Shown here piece after piece: positions 38,001 through 48,703 of a DNA stretch of 64,000 nucleotides. The notes under the pieces are model-generated. The model did no database searches, was not told the origin of the DNA, and worked only from the letters and a program-made list of their open reading frames with translations. The DNA is from a virus: positions 1,610 to 65,609 of IMG/VR virus record IMGVR_UViG_648276631_000006; one strand, 5' to 3'. A program made the position numbers and the translations under genes. How positions within the stretch are numbered: position 1 is the first letter of the stretch; each line of letters starts with the position of its first letter.

Positions 38001-38195
38001 GGCCGCTTAAATTGACGCGCACTGCGAACACCCCCCGCTTGTGGAGCGGAGTCCTCTGGCACTACACGGTTCTTCGCTTTTAGGACTCAACACAGATGCA
38101 GTTGAGGCAATGGTCTCACGGGATGAGCATTTAGCCTTGACGTCAGCGATAAATTTGACACTTTGGCATAACATTGAAGGCTGCTTGGGGGAGTT

Positions 38196-38966
38196 ATGCC
38201 AATTTCAGAATGCGCGCTTTGTTTGCAAGTTAAAGACCTAAAGCGCTCACACGCGATACCGGATTCGGTTTTTAAAGTGATATTTAGAAAAAATAATGGG
38301 AAAGCTATTAGTTTTGATACTGATGATATTTCTCCTGTGGCGTATTCTACTGATAGCTGGTGGGAGCATCAGCTTTGTGAGTGTTGTGAAAGACACTTGA
38401 ATCTTAGCTACGAAACTTACTCCCTCTCTGCTATTAGAGGCAAGAAAGGGAAAGTTGTTAAAAGTGAGCTTGGAGTGAGTATTTCAAATGTTGATGCGTT
38501 AAAGCTACAGCTATTTTTTTCATCTATTCTATGGCGCGCGGGAAAATCAAAAAATGACGCCTATAAGAAAATACGAATTCCAGATGATTTAGACGAAACA
38601 CTTAGATCTCATATCCTTGCCAAGTCACGAATTCCGTTGAGAAAATTGACGGTAAGGGTATCAAGATTGATTGATCGCAGCAAAGACGGTGCCTTCAGTA
38701 TGGATGTTCTGCGCAATTTTGTTTGCACCCCATTTGTTAGATGTACCTCTTTAGATGCCTTCGTTTTTTGCTTCCTTTTTGAAGGATTTTTTATTGAGTT
38801 ATCCGTGCCGGGATATAAATTTAAAAAAATGTCAGAGTTTGGAGTCATAAATCCTAAAAATAAAATACTTATGATTCCTTATATAGATGTTTTTGATATA
38901 CCAGAGATTGTTGGTGCTCTTTTGATGGGGTATAGGAAGAACAAAGAGGGTAAGGTGAATCTATAG
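38196..38966 (+). CDS. Low-GC moron, Zn/HNH-like hypothetical protein
   Basis: CALC..SHAIP...LCECCE; very AT-rich. Confidence 0.7.
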   Translation: MPISECALCLQVKDLKRSHAIPDSVFKVIFRKNNGKAISFDTDDISPVAYSTDSWWEHQLCECCERHLNLSYETYSLSAIRGKKGKVVKSELGVSISNVDALKLQLFFSSILWRAGKSKNDAYKKIRIPDDLDETLRSHILAKSRIPLRKLTVRVSRLIDRSKDGAFSMDVLRNFVCTPFVRCTSLDAFVFCFLFEGFFIELSVPGYKFKKMSEFGVINPKNKILMIPYIDVFDIPEIVGALLMGYRKNKEGKVNL

Positions 38967-39034
38967 AATAATTTTAGGAGCCTTCCTTTAACTAATTTTT
39001 ACTCCAGTCCTTGGGGAGAAGCGGATCATAAGCA

Positions 39035-39075
39035 CCCCTCTAGGGTTCGCCAGCGAGCCCTGATTCTTGGACATT
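39035..39075 (+). promoter_or_regulatory. Late promoter motif copy 4
   Basis: cccctctagggttcgcc ... gacatt. Confidence 0.7.
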
Positions 39076-39099
39076 GGCTGCAATCTCTGGAGAGCAGCC

Positions 39100-39900
39100 A
39101 TGTCCAACACCGCATACCCCAAGGGTGCCGAGAAGATTCTTTCGGGCGCCATCAACTTTGCCGCAGCCACCATCAAGGTGGCGCTTGTCTCTGACGCCTA
39201 TACCTACAGCGCAGCCCATGAGTTTCTGTCGGCCGTCACCCGTGTGGGTACCGACCAGACGCTGACGGGCAAGAGCGTGACCGGCGGCGTGTTCGATGCC
39301 GCGCCAGCGGAGTTCGGCATTCTGGCGCCAGGCAACAAGATCAAGGCCGTGGTGCTCTATATGGACACTGGTAGCCCATCGACCTCGCCACTGCTGTTCT
39401 ATATGGACTCGGTGCAGGGCCTGCCCATGGATACCAACGGTGGCGAGGTTCGGGTGCCCTGGGATACCGGCCCCAACAAGATCGCGGCCGTGGGTCTGCC
39501 GTTCTATCCCAAGGCTGGGCAGCGCCTGCTCTCTGCCGAGCTGCCCTTGACCGGCGCGACGCTCAAGGCAGTCATGCTGCCTGGCAGCTATGTCTATGAC
39601 CCAGCCCACGAGTTCCTGCCTGACCTGGGCGCGGTGGTGGGCTCGGCGGTCACCTTGACCGGCGTGACGGTGGCCGGTGGCGTGCTGGATGCCAACGATG
39701 TGGACTTTGGCGCGGTGGCTGCCGGCTCCACGGCGTCTTTCATCGCCCTCTATGCCGACACGGGCACGGCGGCTACTTCCCCGGTGGTGCTGTATTTGCC
39801 CAGCGTGGTGGGCTTCCCCATGACGACCAACGGCAGCGGCGTGGTGGTGCAGTGGTCGAACGCTGCCGCCAAGATTGTCAGCCTGCTGGGCACGGCGTAA
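39100..39900 (+). CDS. Virion structural protein with two tandem homologous domains
   Basis: YPK...AHEFL...GGVFDA...GLPMDTNG repeated as YPK...AHEFL...GGVLDA...GFPMTTNG. Confidence 0.75.
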   Translation: MSNTAYPKGAEKILSGAINFAAATIKVALVSDAYTYSAAHEFLSAVTRVGTDQTLTGKSVTGGVFDAAPAEFGILAPGNKIKAVVLYMDTGSPSTSPLLFYMDSVQGLPMDTNGGEVRVPWDTGPNKIAAVGLPFYPKAGQRLLSAELPLTGATLKAVMLPGSYVYDPAHEFLPDLGAVVGSAVTLTGVTVAGGVLDANDVDFGAVAAGSTASFIALYADTGTAATSPVVLYLPSVVGFPMTTNGSGVVVQWSNAAAKIVSLLGTA

Positions 39901-39916
39901 GAGGGAGGGGAGCGCC

Positions 39917-41146
39917 ATGGCCCGCAAGATGCTTTTTAGCAATAGCGCCGAAGCGGCGCTGCAGACCCCGTTACTGGACACCCCTCCACCGTATTACACC
40001 CTCTTGCCGGATGGCAGTCAGTATGAAGAGCTGCCGGAGTCCTGGGTTCCCGGTGATGGCAGTTACTACGTATTTGAGGTGAGTGATCCAGCGCATGCGG
40101 ACCTGTTTGCAGAAGGTACTGGTCAGCTGGATCGCGCCCAGCCCGTCACGCTCACCCATGACAGCATGCCCGGTGTGTTTGAAATCGTGCATGTATACAC
40201 CCGCTTTACCAATGTATTTGAGGTGTTTCGCGCCCAAGAGGGGACCTTGGTCAGGGCGTGGCCTGTTGGCACCAAGGTCAGCGCCAATGTGACTGCCGGC
40301 ATGCTGGAGTCGTTCTTGCAAGACGATGGCACGGTGGCGCGCATTGGTGGCGAGAACCAGTCGGTATTGCTCGGTGCTGTGGTCGAGGCTGCCGAGAAGC
40401 GTCCCGCAGGAACCAACAGTTTTGTGTTCAGGTCACGTTCGCTCGTCGATTGGGCGGTGCAGTTCGGCGCCTACCCCGTACTGCAGCCCTTGCCAGCCCA
40501 GCGCCCGAAAGAAAGAGAGTACAGCGGTAACCATTACCGGATCTGGCAGGACCTGGCGCTGGCGCACGAGAGTACCGGAGGCTTTTGGCCGGCAGACATT
40601 GGGGTGCCCAAGGCTTGGGCTGCTGGTGGCTATAACAACTTCAAGCAAGGCGCAGTGTTCACGCCTTCCACGCCCAACGGCTATCAATACTGGGCCGATG
40701 TGGTGGTCGAGAAAGCGATTGATTCCCTGACCTTCAGCGAAGAACCTGCATTGATCCCCGGCGAAATTTTGTCGGTGCTTGATACCGATGACAACTCGCT
40801 GCGTGGGAACCTGGTGCCGCAGGTCATGCCGGTGGTGCAGAGCACCAACTTTCGCCACCCTCTGATGGTGACCGAGGTGGGTTTTATGGGGCGCGCGAGC
40901 ATGGATGTGACGCAGATGCCCGTGGTTTCCATTGGTACCGAGGCCGATCCCACCCGCTTTGCCAATGCCGTGAGCCTGGATTCGCTGGTGGCCAGCGGCG
41001 ACTTGAGCGTCCACCGCATCCCGATTGCAGCGGGTGGCGCGCTGGTCGAAGACATTAAAGTCACAGTCACTCAAGCCGGCGTCGGAGGCCCCATCCCTGG
41101 ACGCTTCTATTGGCGCGGTGTCTTTATGGTGGATGGCGGGACATGA
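39917..41146 (+). CDS. Putative tail/structural protein
   Basis: EIVHV..R...RAQEGT..RAWPVGTKV motif; late operon. Confidence 0.65.
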   Translation: MARKMLFSNSAEAALQTPLLDTPPPYYTLLPDGSQYEELPESWVPGDGSYYVFEVSDPAHADLFAEGTGQLDRAQPVTLTHDSMPGVFEIVHVYTRFTNVFEVFRAQEGTLVRAWPVGTKVSANVTAGMLESFLQDDGTVARIGGENQSVLLGAVVEAAEKRPAGTNSFVFRSRSLVDWAVQFGAYPVLQPLPAQRPKEREYSGNHYRIWQDLALAHESTGGFWPADIGVPKAWAAGGYNNFKQGAVFTPSTPNGYQYWADVVVEKAIDSLTFSEEPALIPGEILSVLDTDDNSLRGNLVPQVMPVVQSTNFRHPLMVTEVGFMGRASMDVTQMPVVSIGTEADPTRFANAVSLDSLVASGDLSVHRIPIAAGGALVEDIKVTVTQAGVGGPIPGRFYWRGVFMVDGGT

Positions 41147-42021
41147 GTTATCCGCTCATCAATGGCGCTTCCATCAATAGCTCGGGGGGCTCGTCCGAAG
41201 CGCCGCTAGTACCTACGCGCGGCATTCCCATGGCGCTCAGCGGCACGCAAACCGCTGCGCGGGTACTGCTGGTGCCATCGGCCGACGCGCTGGCGCTGGG
41301 CGCACTCAGGATTCAGATCCCGATTCGGCCGTCTTCGCTGGCGCTGGCTCAGGGCGGCGTGCCCACGGCCAAGTTTCAGGCCACGCTGTACCCGGCACCC
41401 TTGCCCATGGCCGTCGAGGGGCAGGCCCAGCTGGTGCTGACGGTCTTTCCTGAGTCTGCCGACGCGCTGGCGCTGGGCGCGGCCAAGGTCAAGACCGGGA
41501 CCGATGTGGAACTCAAGTCATGGGGCTTGGGCATGTGCGTGGCCGGCCAGGTGACCGCGACTCAGACCCAGCCGCAGCCCTCGGTGACCTACCAAGTGCC
41601 CGGGGCGCGCGCGATGCGCTACGGCGCGGCTGCTATCGAGCTTCCTTCCATTGTGCTCAAGCCGCAGGGCTCGGATGCATTGCGCATGGGCAGTGCCCGG
41701 ATGGTGCAGGTAGCCAAGGCTGCACCGAGCCAGGCCATGGCCTTTGGTCAGCCGCGCACGGTACAGATCGTCAAGCCAGCCAGCGGGCACGCCCTGACTC
41801 TGGGGCGGCCGGGCGTTCGCGCGGGCTTGCGGCCTGTGGGCATCGCTCTGGCCGTGGGTGGCGTGCCTTCCGTCAGCCTGGCGCAGAGGGTGCTGCAGGT
41901 CGAGTCGGCAGATGCCCTGCAGCTGGGCTATCCGGGCCCGCTGGCCTACGCCTTCCATGTGCGCCAGAGCTTCGCCCTGGAGCTGAGCCGCCCGACCGTT
42001 GCAAGGACTCATCAATGCTGA
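41143..42021 (+). CDS. Putative tail/structural protein
   Basis: INGASIN start; internal repeats. Confidence 0.6.
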   Translation: MSYPLINGASINSSGGSSEAPLVPTRGIPMALSGTQTAARVLLVPSADALALGALRIQIPIRPSSLALAQGGVPTAKFQATLYPAPLPMAVEGQAQLVLTVFPESADALALGAAKVKTGTDVELKSWGLGMCVAGQVTATQTQPQPSVTYQVPGARAMRYGAAAIELPSIVLKPQGSDALRMGSARMVQVAKAAPSQAMAFGQPRTVQIVKPASGHALTLGRPGVRAGLRPVGIALAVGGVPSVSLAQRVLQVESADALQLGYPGPLAYAFHVRQSFALELSRPTVARTHQC

Positions 42022-43184
42022 CCTTCAAGAGCTTTACCGGTATCAACAATGTGCAGCCCGAGCATCGCCTGAAGGCTTCGGACTTGCTGGCCGCCAAGGA
42101 TGTGGACATTGGCCTGGATGGTGAGGTATCGCGCCGCGGTGGCTTCACGCGCCTGTCCGAGGTCTGCCATAAGAACCTTTGGCCTGCCGCCGGATTTCAG
42201 CTGGCGACGACCGAGGGTTCTCTTGTCTCCATTTCTGATGACGCAGGCACGAGAGTGCTTTGGCCCAATATCGGCACCGAGCGCGTCTGGTACTGCAATC
42301 TGCCCGATGGGCGCACGCTGTTTTCTACAGGGTTGCAGCGCGGCATCACGGACGGGCTGACGGCCCAGATGCTCACGGTGCCGGAGCCGGCCTCTCTGGG
42401 TGCCCTGGATTTTGCCTTTGGCGAGCTGGAGCCCGGGCAGTACCGCTATGGACTGAGCCATGTGCGTCTGAGCGACCACGCCGAGGGGCCGGTGAGGGTG
42501 TCCGAGCCGGTGTCGGTGTCTCAGGGTGGCCTGCGCCTTGATGGGCTGCCGCAGCTGCCGGGCCATGCCCTCAATGTCTACCTGAGCGGGCGCGACGGCG
42601 AAGGCATGTTCATTGCCGGTACTGCGGTGGAGCGCAGCTTTGAATTCGGCGGGCGCAATAGCTCTCTGGTGCTGCCGGCCCGCACGCTGGGCGCCCGGGT
42701 GCTGCCCGATGGCACGCTGATGGCCTTCTGGCGTGGCCGTGTGCTGGTGGCCCAGGGCAAGGTGCTGTGGGCCAGCCGGCCTGCTGTGCCGCATCTGAGC
42801 GACTGGCGTGACTTCAAGCCCATGACGGCTGACATCACGGCCTTGGTGCCCGTGGATACGGGGATCTATGTGGGCACGACCCAGGATCTGATTTTCCTGG
42901 GCGGGGAGACTTTCGACAGCCTGATCTATACGGCGACTATGCGCGGCCCGGTGGTGCTGGGCTCGGGCATAGCGGCGCCGGGCCACCGCCTGGCGCTGGG
43001 TGACGGTACCGGGGCGGGCGAGGCCATGCTGTGCATCGCGGGTGGCGAGGTGGTGGCTGGCTTTGATGGCGGGCAGACCACTAGCCTGACGGCCAACCGC
43101 TTCAAGACGGCTGCCAAGGAGGTGAGTGCGGCTTTCCGTGAGGTGAACGGCATTCCCCAGTACATGGCGGTGCCGCATGGCTGA
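42015..43184 (+). CDS. Putative tail tube/nozzle protein
   Basis: FTGINN...DVDI..DG.VSRRGG motif. Confidence 0.65.
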   Translation: MLTFKSFTGINNVQPEHRLKASDLLAAKDVDIGLDGEVSRRGGFTRLSEVCHKNLWPAAGFQLATTEGSLVSISDDAGTRVLWPNIGTERVWYCNLPDGRTLFSTGLQRGITDGLTAQMLTVPEPASLGALDFAFGELEPGQYRYGLSHVRLSDHAEGPVRVSEPVSVSQGGLRLDGLPQLPGHALNVYLSGRDGEGMFIAGTAVERSFEFGGRNSSLVLPARTLGARVLPDGTLMAFWRGRVLVAQGKVLWASRPAVPHLSDWRDFKPMTADITALVPVDTGIYVGTTQDLIFLGGETFDSLIYTATMRGPVVLGSGIAAPGHRLALGDGTGAGEAMLCIAGGEVVAGFDGGQTTSLTANRFKTAAKEVSAAFREVNGIPQYMAVPHG

Positions 43185-45444
43185 GATGTTCAATCCCTTC
43201 AATCGCAGGGTGACGGGCGAGCCCTTCAATGGGCTGGCGCCGGTGCAATTGCGCGTAGAGGAGGGCACTGCTTCGCGCGACCAGGTGAGGGCGGTGCAGG
43301 ATGCCTTCGCGCGCTTTGCGCGGCGGGCGACTTTTTCGCATGTGCCCAACCCCACCGAGAGCGGCGTGCTGGGCGATGGCAGCCCCTACCGTATCACCAC
43401 GGTGGGCAATACCACCATCGTGCAGCTGTGGCCTGAGCAGCCGGATCTGGAAAGCGGGGATCGGGGCGTGCTGGTTCGCACTGCGGCCCAGCTGTACCTG
43501 GTCGGCTATCACGCCGGCCGCTGGCGCTACCGCAAGGTGAACAGCGCATTCGGCGGCACGGGGGCCTGGATCTCCAGCCGCAACCCGCGCTATTTCACGG
43601 ACGCGGTGAGCCGAGGGGATCACATTGAAGAAATGCCCAACCGCAAGCATCGCCTGCGCGACTCTGTGGTGCAACAGCCCCGCAGCGCGAGCAGCATTGC
43701 TCTGGGCATGGCCTACGGGGATGCCAATGGAGGTCTGGGATTTATCGGTACCCATGGCGCCTATGTCCAGGCGGCACTGAACAAGCAGAGTGTGAGTGTG
43801 GCCGAGGCACCGCTTGTGTCCGATGCCTCCTTTGCCATCAGCCCGAATGACGTGTTTGCAGTGCCCGAAGTCGTCGCGACCTTTACGCCCGTGCTCCCTG
43901 CTGAGGCCGTGATTGCTGATGTGAACGGGGTGGCGCGCTGCAGCCGGCTGCGCGGCGGTACCGGCGTGAGTGTGGGCGTGGTGAGTCCCAATCAGAGCAT
44001 CGGCCTGAATGAATTGCCGACCCTGGCGCAGAAAAAGTGGATTGCCGAGCAGGCACTAACCCACGAGCTGAAGCTGCGCATCAACTCGGCCGGCGGCTAT
44101 GAGCTGGATACGGTGGCGGTCGGCTCTGCCAGCATGACGGTGGTGATACCGGCTGGCGTGAGCTTCCCGCCCACCGCTCCCCAATGGCGACAGTCTTCGC
44201 AGGGCTCCATGCGGTCGCGTCCATCCGGCTTATTCGTGATTCCGTTCCGCGAGGGCGGCATCGCCCCGGCGCAGGTGAATTTCACCAACCAGGTGGCCTG
44301 GGATTGGGTCTATCAGTATGAGTTCACCCGCAGCGCGCCGGTGCTGCTGGGCTATGGCTGGAGCGATGAGCGACAGGTCTTCAGCCTGAAGTCTCAGGAC
44401 AGCCAGCATGTCACTGTGCGCCTGGATCGACCGGAGACGGATACGGAGGCCTTGGCGCGGGCAGACGGTATCTATTTCTACCGCTATATCAACGTCGAGA
44501 ATATCGAATCTCCCCCGGAGGGTGGCAGCGTCAGTCTCTTGTTTCAGCTGCCCGAAGGCGAAGCAGGTACCGCTCTCTTGCAGGATTGGCGCGACTTCAT
44601 TGCCAGTGCAGCGATCAGCCAGGCGGCGGTCAAGACGCGCAGCGGCCAGCTGGTTTCCAAAAAGCAGCTGCAGACGCCCTGGGGGGCGATAGCCCTTCTG
44701 GATGTCGATGTGCAAGTGGTCACCGAATATCGCTACGAGGTGCGCCACAACAACGAGCTGCTGCAGCCGGAGCTGTTCACTATCCGGGCCGTCGAAGGCA
44801 TCGCGGCACGCAGGCAGTTGCTCTATATCGATCCCTTGCTGGAATTCGTGGCCTATTTGGAGGTGGTGACGCAGGCCTTTGTGCCTGCTGGTGTCAATGA
44901 TGCGAGCACAGTCACGACCAGCGGCACCAAGGCGGCGGTAGTGTTTGAGCGCAAGGGGCAGGTGTTTTTTCGTCAGGCGCTTGCCGGAGTTTCCGAGGCA
45001 TCGGTGACTGGCGGCAAAGGCTCTTGGCTGGACACCCAGGATCTGGAGCGGTCCGTGCCGCCTGAATACCAGCCCATGTCCGAGAAAGGGCAGCTTCCCG
45101 CAACGGGGCCCGAAGGGGAGCAACTGCTTGTGGGCTGCGATGTGCCTTATTACGTGCCCTCCTACGACGTGCCGCTGGAAGTCGTGACCAATGGCGCCGC
45201 GCTCACGCCCCAGAACTACCCCATTCCCTGGCCCAGTTTGGAGGCCCTGCCATCGCTGGCGGTGCGCGCCGCCATCGATCCTGGGAACTGGCAGGGCAGC
45301 AGTGCCGCTGGCGTTGTGGAGCTACTGCAGGAGGACAAAGTGATTGCGGCCTGGGCGCTACCGCCCCGAGGCTCGCCCGTGCCGCTGGCGTCCATCGCCC
45401 CCATCAACCCGGCCCAGATGACCGGATTCATAGCCTCCGCCTAG
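43177..45444 (+). CDS. Large virion-associated hypothetical protein
   Basis: 755-aa ORF coupled in the late operon. Confidence 0.7.
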   Translation: MAEMFNPFNRRVTGEPFNGLAPVQLRVEEGTASRDQVRAVQDAFARFARRATFSHVPNPTESGVLGDGSPYRITTVGNTTIVQLWPEQPDLESGDRGVLVRTAAQLYLVGYHAGRWRYRKVNSAFGGTGAWISSRNPRYFTDAVSRGDHIEEMPNRKHRLRDSVVQQPRSASSIALGMAYGDANGGLGFIGTHGAYVQAALNKQSVSVAEAPLVSDASFAISPNDVFAVPEVVATFTPVLPAEAVIADVNGVARCSRLRGGTGVSVGVVSPNQSIGLNELPTLAQKKWIAEQALTHELKLRINSAGGYELDTVAVGSASMTVVIPAGVSFPPTAPQWRQSSQGSMRSRPSGLFVIPFREGGIAPAQVNFTNQVAWDWVYQYEFTRSAPVLLGYGWSDERQVFSLKSQDSQHVTVRLDRPETDTEALARADGIYFYRYINVENIESPPEGGSVSLLFQLPEGEAGTALLQDWRDFIASAAISQAAVKTRSGQLVSKKQLQTPWGAIALLDVDVQVVTEYRYEVRHNNELLQPELFTIRAVEGIAARRQLLYIDPLLEFVAYLEVVTQAFVPAGVNDASTVTTSGTKAAVVFERKGQVFFRQALAGVSEASVTGGKGSWLDTQDLERSVPPEYQPMSEKGQLPATGPEGEQLLVGCDVPYYVPSYDVPLEVVTNGAALTPQNYPIPWPSLEALPSLAVRAAIDPGNWQGSSAAGVVELLQEDKVIAAWALPPRGSPVPLASIAPINPAQMTGFIASA

Positions 45445-45448
45445 ACCC

Positions 45449-45886
45449 ATGAACACCATTGTTTGCAACACCTTGAGCGGCGCCATCACCGAGTACACGC
45501 GCCATGAATTTGATAGCGTCACGGCCACGCACTACGCGGGTGTGGATGGCCTTTTTGAATTTGGCGGCGACAACGATGCAGGCCTGCCGATCACGACCGA
45601 GCTGCGCCTGCCGGCCACGCTGCGCGAGAACACCCTGAAGCAGCAGATTGCCATGGTCTATCTGTCCATGCGAGGCCAGGGCGAAGCGCGGTTTACGGTG
45701 TACGGCCCTGGCCAGAGCTGGAGCTATCCCTTCCCACTGCGGGAGAGCGATCAGACGCGCTGCCCGGTGGGCAAGGGCATCCGCGAGAACTATCTGGGCT
45801 TCGGCCTAAGCACCCCAGACGGCCAAGCCTTCACGCTGGACCGCGTGGAGGTGATGAGCGTCAAGTCCAAAACACGGAGAGTTTGA
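45449..45886 (+). CDS. Phage structural hypothetical protein
   Basis: Late operon ORF. Confidence 0.65.
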   Translation: MNTIVCNTLSGAITEYTRHEFDSVTATHYAGVDGLFEFGGDNDAGLPITTELRLPATLRENTLKQQIAMVYLSMRGQGEARFTVYGPGQSWSYPFPLRESDQTRCPVGKGIRENYLGFGLSTPDGQAFTLDRVEVMSVKSKTRRV

Positions 45887-45887
45887 G

Positions 45888-47708
45888 ATGGCAGAGTTTG
45901 ATTTCAACGGCCCGGCCGAGATTGTTCAGGATAAGTACCAGCGCTCTATCGCTCTGGCCGACCAGGCCTTGCGCGAGTCCAAGTCCATGCAGGACGCATT
46001 CAACAACCTGGTGCTGCCGACTCCTACCATCAGCGTGCGCTGGGGCACGATCGCGGCGCCATCCTTGCCCGAAGTGCCGGACCTGCCCGAGCTGCCCAAG
46101 GTCGGCTTTACCGCCCCGGGCGATATGCCGGGCGATCTGGATCTGGCCAGCCTGCCCGATGTGGAGGTACCTGGCTTTGATCTGCAGCCACCGGCCATGG
46201 ACTTTGGCGCCGCGCCTGAGCTGGTGATCGGCCAGGCCCCGGCCTTGCCCCAGATGCGCGAGGTGGCCATCCCAGACGCGCCCGATGTGAGCCTGCCCGA
46301 TGCGCCGGCCTTTCTGGCGCTGACCACGCACAGCTTTGGCGGCGTGAATCTGCACGAGGATTGGCTCGACAAGCTGGACGACATGCCCGAGCTGCAGCTG
46401 CTGGAGCCTGCGCCCTTTGAGTTCAAGCGCGCGCCGGGCTACGCATCTGGGCTGCTCGACAACCTGAAAGCCGTGATTGCGGCTCGCATTCAGGGCGGTA
46501 CCGGGCTGAAGCCCGAAGCAGAGCAGGCCATCTGGGACCGCTCGCGCGATCGTGAAACGCAGGTGGCGCTGGCGCGCGAGCAGGAGGTGATGCGTTCGGC
46601 CGAGGCGCTGGGATTTCCACTGCCGTCCGGGGTGCTGGTCGGTCAGCTGGCCGATGCCCGGCGCGAGTTCCACGACAAGCTATCGGGCCTGTCGCGCGAC
46701 ATTGCCATCAAGCAGGCCGAGCTGGAGCAGAGCAACGTCAAGGACGCAATCACCCAGGGGCTGGCGCTGGAAGGCCAGTTGATGGACCAGGCCATGCAGC
46801 TCGATCGCCTGTCGTTTGAGGCGGCCAAGGCGACGGCAGACCACGGCATTGCGACCCATAACGCGGCGCTCGAGCGCTTCAAGGCACTGCTGGACGGCTA
46901 CCGTGCCAACGCAATGGCCTATGAAACCGTGATCAAGGCAGAGATGAACAAGGTGGAGGTCTACAAGGCCATGCTGCAGGCCGAGCAGACCAAGGCGGAC
47001 ATCAACCAGTCGCTGGTGGCGCGCTACAAGGCAGAAATCGATGGGCGCATGGCGGCCGTGGAAATCTACAAGACCCGCGTGCAGGCGGCCCAGACCCTGG
47101 TGAGTCTGGAGCAGACCCGCATTCAGGCCGGCGGCGAGGCAATCCGCGCCTTTGTGGCGACCCTCAACGCCGAGACATCCAAGGTGGAACTGTACAAGGC
47201 GCGGGCCCAAGGCGAATCCATCAAGCAGGACGCCTACCGCTCTCAGGTGCAGGCCTATAGCGCCTTTGCCAGTGCACAGGCCGAGCGTGCCCGGGTGGCG
47301 ATTGCCCAGGCCCAGGCCAAGATTGCGGCCAAGGGTCTGGAGTGGGACGGCTGGAAGGCGCGCCTGTCGGCCGAGGTGGCCAAGATGGACGCAGCGGCCA
47401 GGCAGTCTGCCATCTTGGTGGACGGCTATAAGGTGAGCGCCAGTGCCATCGAGGCCAAGGCCACTAGCTTCATGCGCCGCTGGGAAGCGGACATCAAGCA
47501 GTATGAGGCAGGCTCCAACATCAGCCTGCAGACGGCCAAGCTCAATGCCGATGTAGCGATCCAGAGCAATGCCGCGCGTCTGGAGGCGGCCAAGATTGGC
47601 CTCACGACCTCGGCGCAGCGTGTGGCCAGCGCCTGGAGCATGGTGTCGACATCGGCGGGCATCTCTGGCGGCGTCAGCTGGGGCTACAGCGGATCGCTGG
47701 ATCAGTAA
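45888..47708 (+). CDS. Coiled-coil virion protein
   Basis: Pro-rich N-terminus, GFPLPSG, long helical region. Confidence 0.7.
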   Translation: MAEFDFNGPAEIVQDKYQRSIALADQALRESKSMQDAFNNLVLPTPTISVRWGTIAAPSLPEVPDLPELPKVGFTAPGDMPGDLDLASLPDVEVPGFDLQPPAMDFGAAPELVIGQAPALPQMREVAIPDAPDVSLPDAPAFLALTTHSFGGVNLHEDWLDKLDDMPELQLLEPAPFEFKRAPGYASGLLDNLKAVIAARIQGGTGLKPEAEQAIWDRSRDRETQVALAREQEVMRSAEALGFPLPSGVLVGQLADARREFHDKLSGLSRDIAIKQAELEQSNVKDAITQGLALEGQLMDQAMQLDRLSFEAAKATADHGIATHNAALERFKALLDGYRANAMAYETVIKAEMNKVEVYKAMLQAEQTKADINQSLVARYKAEIDGRMAAVEIYKTRVQAAQTLVSLEQTRIQAGGEAIRAFVATLNAETSKVELYKARAQGESIKQDAYRSQVQAYSAFASAQAERARVAIAQAQAKIAAKGLEWDGWKARLSAEVAKMDAAARQSAILVDGYKVSASAIEAKATSFMRRWEADIKQYEAGSNISLQTAKLNADVAIQSNAARLEAAKIGLTTSAQRVASAWSMVSTSAGISGGVSWGYSGSLDQ

Positions 47709-47712
47709 CGCA

Positions 47713-47753
47713 CCCCGCTAGGGTTCGACGAGGTAGGGGCGGTCACTCACACT
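47713..47753 (+). promoter_or_regulatory. Late promoter motif copy 5
   Basis: ccccgctagggttcgac ... cacact. Confidence 0.7.
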
Positions 47754-47760
47754 GCCGCCC

Positions 47761-48126
47761 ATGCCTGCCCATAAAGTCAAACTTGAAATCGACCAGGGTG
47801 CCACGTTCGACAAGACATTCACTTGGATGACGGGCACCAACAAGGCCAATGCCGTTCCCGTGGATCTGACCGGCTGCAAGGCGCGCGCTCAGTTTCGTGA
47901 GGAAGTCGAAAGCAGCGCCGTGTTGCTGGAGCTGACCACGGACAACAACCGCATTCAGCTCGGCGGTGCTGCGGGCACGATCCGCCTGCTGATCAGCGCT
48001 GCGGACACCGCTGCGATCGCGTGGCCTTCTGCGGTGTATGACCTGGAGGTCGAGTTTTCCGATGGCACCGTGGTGCGCCGCATGGCGGGCAGCGTGGTGG
48101 TGTCGCCGGAGGTGACGCGTGACTGA
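47761..48126 (+). CDS. Fibre-attachment/adaptor-like structural protein
   Basis: IDQGATF...PVDLTG..A.AQFR...VYDLE motif. Confidence 0.7.
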   Translation: MPAHKVKLEIDQGATFDKTFTWMTGTNKANAVPVDLTGCKARAQFREEVESSAVLLELTTDNNRIQLGGAAGTIRLLISAADTAAIAWPSAVYDLEVEFSDGTVVRRMAGSVVVSPEVTRD

Positions 48127-48700
48127 CCTGCTGCAAACGACCCAAGAGCATCTGCTGCAGGAGCAGGTTGAGACTCTGGTGCTGCTGGAGCCTAAGGGCT
48201 CTGATGACATTGTTGAAGTGGCGATCGAGCAGGTTTTGCTAGAGGAAGGTCAGGACAACACCCTGCTGGAGACGGTGCAGGAGGTGGTGGTGCTGACTGA
48301 GTGCCAGCAGGGGCCGCCCGGGCCTCCCGGTGTTCCTGGCCCTGCAGGCGGTCAAGTGCTGCAGCGCATGGCGGGCATGGACACAAGCGCGCTTCTCGTG
48401 GTCTACGAAGACCTGTTCGGCGCTGTCTGGCCGGCTGATCCTGATGTGGAAAGCGATGTGCTGGCGTTGCTGGGCGTGACGGTGAGTGCGGCCGCTGGCG
48501 GCCAGCCCATCAACGTGCAGCGTATCGGCCCCGTCGATGACGACGCTTGGCAGCTGGAGCCGGGCAAGCGTGTATTTCTTGGACGGCAGGGGCGGCTGAC
48601 GCAAGAGCCGCCGCAGGGCGGTTATGACGTTCTGATCGGCACGGCCATCACCGCGACCCGACTGCTTCTCAATATTCAAGACCCTATAGAACTGGAGTAA
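48119..48700 (+). CDS. Fibre-associated protein with a short collagen-like segment
   Basis: QGPPGPPGVPGPAG; VFLG..GRLTQ.PP. Confidence 0.7.
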   Translation: MTDLLQTTQEHLLQEQVETLVLLEPKGSDDIVEVAIEQVLLEEGQDNTLLETVQEVVVLTECQQGPPGPPGVPGPAGGQVLQRMAGMDTSALLVVYEDLFGAVWPADPDVESDVLALLGVTVSAAAGGQPINVQRIGPVDDDAWQLEPGKRVFLGRQGRLTQEPPQGGYDVLIGTAITATRLLLNIQDPIELE

Positions 48701-48703
48701 GCC

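Noticed and set aside
20194..47662. Long antisense ORFs (e.g. 24725..26941, 30456..32051, 35025..37769, 42012..43355)
   Set aside because: Shadow frames of high-GC structural genes, with no motifs or RBS.
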